From the IMG/VR virus record IMGVR_UViG_3300027913_000404: DNA of 64,000 nt; one strand, 5' to 3'. The stretch's first letter is position 1; each line of letters begins with the position of its first letter. The notes under the pieces were generated by a model, which had not been told where the DNA came from, made no database searches, and worked only from the letters and a program-made list of their open reading frames with translations. Below, in pieces: positions 32,754-40,500 of this stretch. The DNA is from a virus. The translations under genes were made by a program, and so were the position numbers.

Positions 32754-35429
32754 ATGACGGCAGTAACGAATAGCAGACTTGGCAGCGCCTTCACCTTCAC
32801 TGATCAGTTTTGTGGGGCTGGTGGATCTTCACTGGGAGCCACAGAAGCTGGTGGTGAAGTGCGCCTTGCCATGAATCATTGGCCGCTGGCAATCTCAACG
32901 CATAACAGAAACTTTCCTGACGCAGATCATGATTGTGTCGACATCTCAGTTGTCTCACCCGCGCGGTATCAACGCACTAACGCGTTGATCACCAGTCCTG
33001 AATGTTTTCCTGCCGGGACACTGATACTCACGGCGCGCGGCTTGATCCCCATCGAGAACGTGCAAGTCGGCGACGCGGTTCTGACGCATCGCAACCGGTG
33101 GATGCCTGTTACGTCCGTCATGCGCAAGACAGGCGATACCGTCATTCTCACAGGGCAAGGACATCGCGCCCTCGAAACGACCGGTGAGCACCCCTTCTTT
33201 GCACGGACACAAACGCAGGTCTGGAACAATGCCAAGCGGGATTATGACCGGCGCATCCTCAACGATCCGGCCTGGATTGTCGCGGATGATCTCACAGAAC
33301 AGCCAACTCGTTGGGCATCTCCAGTCAATGTTGCTGCGATACCTGTTCCTCCTGTGTCCGGGGCCAATCGCAGATCAGCAACGTTCTCCAGGGAATTCTG
33401 GTGGATGATCGGTCGCTGGTTGGGAGATGGCGTTGTGCGACTACGGCAAGACGATGGACACAATGAGATTGCCATCTGCTGCGGAAAACACAAGGTAGAG
33501 GAACTTGAAGCCCACTTGAACTTCGCGCCCAAAACCCTCAACCACGCCTCCGGTGATGAGATGCACTGGCGAAAACGAGAGATGCGCACAGCGTACCTGT
33601 TTGAATGTGGGCATGACAGCTTGGCGGCTTGGATCGTTGAGCACTTCGGCAAGGGCGCTCACGGAAAGACGATCCCTGCTTGGGCGTTGTCTATGCCAAC
33701 GGAATGGCGAGAAGCCTTGCTCGAAGGATATGTGTCCGCTGATGGACATCGCAGCAATCGGGCAACGGCTGTTTCATCTGTGTCAAAATCACTGGCGATC
33801 GGCGTGCGCCTGTTAGTCGGTACGCTGGGCTATCATCCCTCGCTTGGCTGCTATCGCCACAAAGGAGGCAGGATCGAGGGACGCCCCTTCGATGCTTATG
33901 ATCTGTGGACGGTGCGATGGGAAACCAACCGCTCGCAGCGTACAGGAATCAACGACGGCGAACATTCGTGGACTTTGGTGAAGCATGTTCGCCCTGGCCG
34001 CACGGGGATCGAACTCTACAACCTGTCTGTGGCAGACGACGAGTCCTACGTAGCTGACGGCATCGTCGTCCATAACTGCACTAATCACAGCTTGGCTAAA
34101 GGTGTGAAGCGGCAGTCAGCACAAATTGGCATGTTCGAGAACCAAAAGCTTGATCCCGCTGCTGTTCGTAGCCGGGCTACGATGTTCGACGTGGTGGAAT
34201 TCACAGAGCACCATAGATATGATCTGATCGTCGTTGAGAACGTGGTAGACATTCGCAAATGGGTGTTGTGGGATGCATGGTGGCAGGCCATGACGTTGCT
34301 GGGCTATCGAGGCCAGGCCGTCTACTTCAACTCCATGTTTGCGCATCTTGATCCATGGGGCGTGCAAAGTATCCATGACTTTGTGCCACAGTCGCGTGAT
34401 CGTATCTATGTAGTGTGGACAAAGAAGGGCAATCCCGCACCAGATCTTGACTTTCGTCCCCTCGCTCATTGTGAACACTGCGATAAGAAGGTTAATGGTG
34501 TTCAGTCCTGGCGCAAGCCGCAATTCCCCTGGGGCAGATACGGTATTCAATACGACTATCGCTGCCCGCTCTGTGCCAAGGTGGTGCAGCCCTATCGCTT
34601 CGGCGCCATCAACGTGATGGACTTTACAAAGCCCATCCAACGCATCGGTGATCGCAAGCAACCATTGAAGGATAAGACTATGGCCCGCATTAAGGTGGGC
34701 CTCGACAAGTTCTTCTCTGTCTATGCAGTAGACACAGCCTATGGTGATCAGGATCGTGTGACAGACGCCTCCGAGCCGCTGACAACACAAACCACGCGGC
34801 AGACTAAGGGATTGGTGATCAATCCATTCCTGATCTATGCTGATCATGGTGGGGATACACATCCACCTCGGCAGCTTGATCATACTCTTGGTACGCTTAC
34901 TGGCCGGCCACATCAAGCGCTGGTAATCCCCGCGGTTGTTACGATGCGCGGGTATGACACCAAGGGCTATAGTGATCCCTACTATCGGGTTTCGAGTGTG
35001 ACTGAGCCGTTGTCGACGCAGGTCGCCACTGCTACGCAGGAATGGATGCTAGGTGTTCAGATCCAGTTACGCAATCACGCGGATAGCAAACCGCTAGAAA
35101 CCCCCCTGGCAACACTTACCGCTGGTGGCAACCATACAGGCTTCCTCATGAGCTATTACGGCACTGGCGGAGAGTCCCCCTTGCACAAGCCCATGCCCAC
35201 AGTGACAAGTCATGATCGACACGCTTTGATCGAGGCAGCAAAGAACATCAAGTTAGATGACTGCTACTTTCGCATGATCCAACCAGACGAGGTAGGAAAA
35301 GGTATGGCGTTTCCTGCAACCTATCATGTGAACGGAAACAAAAGAGAGCAGATCAGGCAGTACGGAAATGCAGTAACTCCCCCAGCAATGTCCATGCTCC
35401 TCAAGCGTTGCATGGCTACGTTTCAATAG
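32754..35429 (+). CDS. DNA (cytosine-5) methyltransferase containing an intein
   Basis: DQFCGAGG, SPE/C, VENV, PQSRDR and QYGNAVTPP motifs. Confidence 0.95.
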   Translation: MTAVTNSRLGSAFTFTDQFCGAGGSSLGATEAGGEVRLAMNHWPLAISTHNRNFPDADHDCVDISVVSPARYQRTNALITSPECFPAGTLILTARGLIPIENVQVGDAVLTHRNRWMPVTSVMRKTGDTVILTGQGHRALETTGEHPFFARTQTQVWNNAKRDYDRRILNDPAWIVADDLTEQPTRWASPVNVAAIPVPPVSGANRRSATFSREFWWMIGRWLGDGVVRLRQDDGHNEIAICCGKHKVEELEAHLNFAPKTLNHASGDEMHWRKREMRTAYLFECGHDSLAAWIVEHFGKGAHGKTIPAWALSMPTEWREALLEGYVSADGHRSNRATAVSSVSKSLAIGVRLLVGTLGYHPSLGCYRHKGGRIEGRPFDAYDLWTVRWETNRSQRTGINDGEHSWTLVKHVRPGRTGIELYNLSVADDESYVADGIVVHNCTNHSLAKGVKRQSAQIGMFENQKLDPAAVRSRATMFDVVEFTEHHRYDLIVVENVVDIRKWVLWDAWWQAMTLLGYRGQAVYFNSMFAHLDPWGVQSIHDFVPQSRDRIYVVWTKKGNPAPDLDFRPLAHCEHCDKKVNGVQSWRKPQFPWGRYGIQYDYRCPLCAKVVQPYRFGAINVMDFTKPIQRIGDRKQPLKDKTMARIKVGLDKFFSVYAVDTAYGDQDRVTDASEPLTTQTTRQTKGLVINPFLIYADHGGDTHPPRQLDHTLGTLTGRPHQALVIPAVVTMRGYDTKGYSDPYYRVSSVTEPLSTQVATATQEWMLGVQIQLRNHADSKPLETPLATLTAGGNHTGFLMSYYGTGGESPLHKPMPTVTSHDRHALIEAAKNIKLDDCYFRMIQPDEVGKGMAFPATYHVNGNKREQIRQYGNAVTPPAMSMLLKRCMATFQ
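33003..34076 (+). mobile_element. intein (358 aa) with LAGLIDADG homing endonuclease
   Basis: starts CFPAGTLI, TGEHPF block B, IGRWLGDG and LEGYVSADG, ends VVHN followed by C. Confidence 0.95.
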
Positions 35430-35600
35430 GTAGCGCCCTTGGGCGCATCGTCCCAGAAGCTCCACAACGCATTCTAAGCAATTTTGCCTCTAAGCCATCC
35501 AACCACACACGAACAACACGTAGCGCCTTGCGGCGCAAGCCCTGGCAGCGCAGGGAAGAACCTGACACGCTTAGTCAACTTAGTCAAATAGGAGCAGATC

Positions 35601-35912
35601 ATGGAAATCACTATCAAGGTAGACGAGCAAGTAATCAAGGCAGTAGCGCAAAACGCCGTTACTAGCATGTATAAAGTTGGAGATCGCTATGGCGATAGTC
35701 ATGGCGCGGGCACCCAAGAAATCATGCGTCAGGCAAAAGCATGGGCAGCAGCGCAGGACTATGCTGATGTGATCAAAGCCGTAGCTCCTGGCATCTTTGC
35801 CGAAACTGTCAAGGAAGTGCTAGTGGAAGCCATCAAAGCCGAAGCCAAGAAGCAGGTAAAGATGATGCGTGAAACCGGAGAACTTGGTGGCTTGTTCAAG
35901 GACGTACAATAA
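35601..35912 (+). CDS. hypothetical protein
   Basis: AGGAG RBS, 103 aa. Confidence 0.75.
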   Translation: MEITIKVDEQVIKAVAQNAVTSMYKVGDRYGDSHGAGTQEIMRQAKAWAAAQDYADVIKAVAPGIFAETVKEVLVEAIKAEAKKQVKMMRETGELGGLFKDVQ

Positions 35913-36086
35913 TGGCAAAGATAGTCATTACCATCAACTTGGATAACTCACGCCGCCCCAAGGCTGATGAGCTAGCGCAGTTTGGATATGAAAGCGAACT
36001 TGAATACTGGATCGACTATGCCTATACCGATCCCCCTGATGTGTTTCATGATGCTACATGGGAAATCGTAGAGGAAGGAGTATGAC

Positions 36087-38237
36087 TTGAACGGATTTGT
36101 TGATTTGCCAGCTCGCCCACTGGTGCCTGCAAACCCAGAAGCCGAGCAGGCCGTGCTGGGATCCGTGTTGATCGACCCCGATGCGGTGATTCGCGTCGCT
36201 GCCTTTCTCAAGGCTGACGACTTCTACCAGGAGAAGAACGGCTGGATCTACCAGGCCATCCTGAACCTGCACGAGCGGCATGAACCTGCCGACTTTCTCA
36301 CCGTTACTGACGAGTTGGAAAAGCGCAAGCAACTCGATGAAGTGGGCGGCCCAGCCTACATCATGGACTTGCTCAACGCTGTACCAACTGCCATTCATGT
36401 TGAGCATTACGCGCGTATCGTAGAAAAGAAGTCGGCACTACGCAAGCTCATCCGCGCTGCCGGCCAGATCGCGCAGCTTGCTTACGAAGATGATGCAGAT
36501 CCCGACGAAGCGGCTGGCAAGGCGCTGACGCTGATGAGCGAGGCGACTCGCCGCGCAACCAAAACCAATACCCGCACTTTTAACGAAGTGCTCGACAACG
36601 TATACAAAGAAGCAAAGGAGAATGCCCGTATCCGCGCCGAAGGCGGAATGGTTTCTATTCCGTTTGGACTCAAACGACTTGACGAAATGACGGGTGGTGG
36701 CGTATGGCCTTCAAAGGGTAACATCGCTATCATCGCTGGATTGCCCAAGTCGGGTAAGACGACATTCGCTATCCAGGTGGCAACGAACGCAGCCAAGCTA
36801 GGGTTCAAGGGATTGATCCTCTCTTTGGAAATGCAAGGCGAGGAAGTCGTCGAGAAAACCATGTACGAAGCTACGGGGTACTCTCCGCTAGAGATTCGGC
36901 GTGGGGATATTCTTGACTGGGATGCCTTCGAAGCGGCAAGGGCTAGTTTGGATCATCCCAACTTAACGATTGATGACAGTGCAAGTCTTACAATGGCCGA
37001 GCTATCTACAATCGTCCGGCGTGTAGACTCCGAAGTAGATGGTGGTTTGGACTTCATCTGCATCGACTACGCACAGCTAGTAACTGGCGGTGGCAAGACA
37101 GAGAACCGAACACAGGAACTGTCCAAGATCAGTCGGGGTATCAAGGCACTGGCAAAAGAACTTGGTGTTGGTGTGTTCCTTATCGCGCAACTCAACCGCG
37201 ACTATGCCAAGCGGCAGAATCGCAAGCCGATATCATCCGACCTAGAGGGCAGCAGCCAATGGGAAAAGGAAGCTAACTTCATCATCTTTATCCACCGAGA
37301 AGAAGAACCGGCAACAGAACTAGAGGAAACATCAGCTACCATCATCCTTTCGCGTGCTCGCGCTACGCAAACAGGCGAGTTTATGTGCGGCTTTGACGGG
37401 CGCACATCCACCTTCTCTGATAATCCCGCCCCCATGGGCGTATCAGAGCGAGATCAATGGCGCGCCAGGTTGATGAAACAATGCGCTGCTATACCCCTGA
37501 CGTGGGACGATTGGCAGTTGCATCACGATCCCTACGATGAAGTGCTGGCAAGAGCCAGGGCAACATTCGCTGGGACAAGTGGCAAGGAACGAGACGTGCT
37601 AAAAGCGCTGATGGTATCTTGGAAGGATGGTATCGATATCGCAGCGCTGGAAGAGTTCAAGAAGATAGCTCGTCCAACCCCAGAGATGCTAGAGATTCTG
37701 GAAGTCTCGAACCGCAAGGCCATGCTATGGCGCGTGCAGCACGAGCTTATGCCAGCGCTGTCTGATAGGCGCTTTGCAGTCATGTACGGCCCTAGTGGCC
37801 GTGGTAAGACACACATGGCCCGCATTGTGCAGAGTATGGCGATTCGAGAGTTGAGTCTACCTGCCGTGTGGCTGAATTGGAACAACTTCATAGAGGACAT
37901 CAAGGGAACGTTCAATGGTAACGGTAGTGCCCAAGAAGTATGGCGCACGTCACGCGCACCCATTCTCATGCTCGATGATCCCGACAAAATCATCAATGAG
38001 TTCTATGTCCAAAATCTGTACAAAATACTGGACGAAGCACTGAACCTGTCCGGTACCCCGCGCAGCGTCATCCTACTTCTCAACCACACCCCCAAAGCGT
38101 TTGGCGAGAAGTTAGCAGACTTTGGGCAGCTTGGTAATGCCGTGGCACAACGCGCCCTAGAACGTGGCCACCCTGTCTGGCTAGACTTCTCCCCCATTCC
38201 CAACTGGAATGCAATCCACGAAATCCCTGGTTTCTGA
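36087..38237 (+). CDS. dnaB: replicative DnaB-family helicase fused to a C-terminal DnaC/IstB-like AAA+ domain
   Basis: EAEQAVLGS, GLPKSGKT, SLEM, IDYAQL, AQLNR; second Walker A GPSGRGKT and Walker B ILMLDD. Confidence 0.88.
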   Translation: MNGFVDLPARPLVPANPEAEQAVLGSVLIDPDAVIRVAAFLKADDFYQEKNGWIYQAILNLHERHEPADFLTVTDELEKRKQLDEVGGPAYIMDLLNAVPTAIHVEHYARIVEKKSALRKLIRAAGQIAQLAYEDDADPDEAAGKALTLMSEATRRATKTNTRTFNEVLDNVYKEAKENARIRAEGGMVSIPFGLKRLDEMTGGGVWPSKGNIAIIAGLPKSGKTTFAIQVATNAAKLGFKGLILSLEMQGEEVVEKTMYEATGYSPLEIRRGDILDWDAFEAARASLDHPNLTIDDSASLTMAELSTIVRRVDSEVDGGLDFICIDYAQLVTGGGKTENRTQELSKISRGIKALAKELGVGVFLIAQLNRDYAKRQNRKPISSDLEGSSQWEKEANFIIFIHREEEPATELEETSATIILSRARATQTGEFMCGFDGRTSTFSDNPAPMGVSERDQWRARLMKQCAAIPLTWDDWQLHHDPYDEVLARARATFAGTSGKERDVLKALMVSWKDGIDIAALEEFKKIARPTPEMLEILEVSNRKAMLWRVQHELMPALSDRRFAVMYGPSGRGKTHMARIVQSMAIRELSLPAVWLNWNNFIEDIKGTFNGNGSAQEVWRTSRAPILMLDDPDKIINEFYVQNLYKILDEALNLSGTPRSVILLLNHTPKAFGEKLADFGQLGNAVAQRALERGHPVWLDFSPIPNWNAIHEIPGF

Positions 38238-38272
38238 TCGTAGCCGGGCTACGAATCGTCGCGCCCCGAAAC

Positions 38273-38300
38273 TTGACAACTGTATAGAAGCGAGTATACT
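38273..38300 (+). promoter_or_regulatory. sigma70-type promoter
   Basis: TTGACA-16-TATACT. Confidence 0.75.
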
Positions 38301-38363
38301 ACTGTACAGGTAACAAGAAGTAGGGGCTAGCGCCCCATTGGCAAGCAAAAAAGGAAATGGATC

Positions 38364-38540
38364 ATGACAACGAAACGCAGATTGGACGCTGACTTAGAAG
38401 AAGAGGGCCGAGAAGTATGTGAGGCGACAACTTGTAACTGTGGCAAAAAGGGATTGCGCTTCATTCCCCGTTGGGACAGTAATGGAAACTATGCGCCAAT
38501 CTCTCGATGCACCAAATGTGGAGAGGAAGTACCCTTCTAA
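38364..38540 (+). CDS. small Zn-ribbon protein (58 aa)
   Basis: AAAGGA RBS, CNCG..CTKCG. Confidence 0.6.
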   Translation: MTTKRRLDADLEEEGREVCEATTCNCGKKGLRFIPRWDSNGNYAPISRCTKCGEEVPF

Positions 38541-38776
38541 TGGATAGACAAACACCGGAATACTTTGCCAAAGTAGATCTGGAAAACGAGCGTCACTACC
38601 GCAGCCTGGCCGCTGAGAGCCGCGATTCCGTCAACGTGGCACTGTTTACCGAGAAGGCCAACTTCTACGCACACCGAGCGCTGCGCATTCTAGCACCGAC
38701 ACGCCCCGCACCGGGCCACACACGCCGCCAGTGGTGCGACTGCGCAACAACGCACGGAGATGGCGATGACGATTGA
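38540..38776 (+). CDS. hypothetical protein
   Basis: TAATG coupling. Confidence 0.6.
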   Translation: MDRQTPEYFAKVDLENERHYRSLAAESRDSVNVALFTEKANFYAHRALRILAPTRPAPGHTRRQWCDCATTHGDGDDD

Positions 38777-38966
38777 CGAATTGCTACAGGCAGCCGCAGA
38801 AGCGTGCCAGTCTGCGCTAGCCGTGATGGACACCGAAGACCCGATGGAGTGCGCGACCGTTGCGCAGGCGTGCGCACATACGGCGCAGGCTATGATCCTG
38901 GCGCAAGCAGCGCCAGCCGACGCAATGGACATGGCCCGCGTGTTCATGGTTGACACCGGAAACTAA
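38760..38966 (+). CDS. hypothetical protein
   Basis: overlapping operon arrangement. Confidence 0.6.
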   Translation: MAMTIDELLQAAAEACQSALAVMDTEDPMECATVAQACAHTAQAMILAQAAPADAMDMARVFMVDTGN

Positions 38967-39052
38967 CAAACCCACCGCTGCCCCGGCACGTCATTTGATG
39001 GTGGTACGGCCACCCCTAGACGGCGGGGCGGCAGTGAGAAGGAGATGAGACG

Positions 39053-39442
39053 ATGACAATGCCACACTTGATGAACTGCGCACATTTGGATGACGGCTGG
39101 TGTCTTGATTGTGTTGTGACGCTCAACGCCCGCGCCGAGGCCGCCGAAGACCGCGCCGAGGCCGCCGAGCAGAAGTTACGTGAAATCGCACAGTTTACGT
39201 TGAAAACCAACACTCGCGCCGAAGCCGCCGAGGCCGAGGTAGGACGACTACAAGCGGCCCTCGACCAGTGGAAGCAGTGCGGCGATGCTATCATGCTCTG
39301 CGCTACTGGACGCGCCGCGCCGCTGTCAGACAGCGAAGTGTGCGGCGAGATCGTCCGGCTACGTGAGCGCAACAAGGAGCTAGAAATGTGGTTCTCCGTT
39401 GCCCTTGACCTGCTGAGCGACTTCCTGGAGACGCTGAACTAG
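39053..39442 (+). CDS. coiled-coil hypothetical protein (RAEAAE repeats)
   Basis: AAGGAG RBS; shares 108 bp with the 14626 gene. Confidence 0.75.
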   Translation: MTMPHLMNCAHLDDGWCLDCVVTLNARAEAAEDRAEAAEQKLREIAQFTLKTNTRAEAAEAEVGRLQAALDQWKQCGDAIMLCATGRAAPLSDSEVCGEIVRLRERNKELEMWFSVALDLLSDFLETLN

Positions 39443-39495
39443 CGCCAGGATGCCCGGTAGAGTTAGTCTACTGGCACTATGAGCAACGCAACACC

Positions 39496-39783
39496 GTGCG
39501 AACAACTAGCAAGGTAACAAAGCGCCAAATCGCCAGCCTGAGCGCAAAACCGACAAAACCAGCATGGCTGAAACTGGCGATACGTGACGCTCTCAATGAC
39601 AAGCCAATGAGCATGGAACGTGAGCGCCGCATGTGCGCAGCGCTGGGTATCCGCCCACGCTACCGGACGCGCTACTGGCGGCCATGCCTGCCCGCATCGC
39701 TCACGCCGGAGCAGCGAGCGCAGGTCGTGGAACTCGCGGCGACGTTGGCCGGGCCGGTGCCTGGCATGAAAGGTGGTGTGTGA
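39496..39783 (+). CDS. basic hypothetical protein
   Basis: 95-aa ORF coupled to the next gene. Confidence 0.55.
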   Translation: MRTTSKVTKRQIASLSAKPTKPAWLKLAIRDALNDKPMSMERERRMCAALGIRPRYRTRYWRPCLPASLTPEQRAQVVELAATLAGPVPGMKGGV

Positions 39784-39995
39784 TGGCGATGATAGGTCAA
39801 TCAGTATGGCACAAAGACGACATAGCGCAGATTGGCGCAACGCTGATTGCAATCGCTCCAAGCTGGGACTTTGCGGCCGGGGTTGCGGCGCTGTGCAACG
39901 CAATAGGCGCGTCGGTGTACCTGCCAGAGCGTAGCAGCCTGGAAATGCCGCGAATGGTCGTGATCGACGCGGACGGACGAGAGGTGACGCGATGA
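39783..39995 (+). CDS. hypothetical protein
   Basis: TGATG coupling. Confidence 0.6.
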   Translation: MAMIGQSVWHKDDIAQIGATLIAIAPSWDFAAGVAALCNAIGASVYLPERSSLEMPRMVVIDADGREVTR

Positions 39996-40219
39996 TAGTT
40001 ATCCCTGGTGTGGTCATGCTCGCTGGCATAGTACTCGTGGCGCTCGTGGCAGTGCGAGAGGCTGGCAATGGCTGGCAGGACATGACGAACGCGGCAGATG
40101 GCGAGTACGAACCGCATGGCTTCAACTTGGGAGCGGCTGTGCTGGCTGTCCTGTTCATAGTCTTGCTGGCTGGTGCGGCTGGCATGGGGCCGCTGGCTGG
40201 TATGGTGGTGACGCCATGA
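39992..40219 (+). CDS. small membrane protein (2 TM)
   Basis: GAGGTG RBS, two hydrophobic segments. Confidence 0.65.
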   Translation: MIVIPGVVMLAGIVLVALVAVREAGNGWQDMTNAADGEYEPHGFNLGAAVLAVLFIVLLAGAAGMGPLAGMVVTP

Positions 40220-40500
40220 CCACACGATACCGATACCCCGCCCCGCATCCCCGGCACCGAACCGGAGCGCGCTGGTCGCGCTGGCGTGTTTGATGGTGCT
40301 GGCTGGCGTGGCGACGGCCAACAGTCTACCAGATTGGCCGTTTGGCGGGCCGTAGACCAGCCCGCCGGCCTCGTGCACCAACTACGTCACCTCCAGCACG
40401 TGCTCCACGAACAGGCCCAACGTATTGGGGTTGGTCAGCATCAAGCCGGCCTCGGCGCAGAATGACAAAGATGCGCTTCCTTGTAGAAGCGCCTCTTTGT

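Noticed and set aside
2373..38253. CRISPR array built from the family-A palindromes or the 3.4-kb repeats
   Set aside because: Repeats are only 12-15 bp, irregularly spaced or kilobases apart, with no uniform unique spacers and no cas genes
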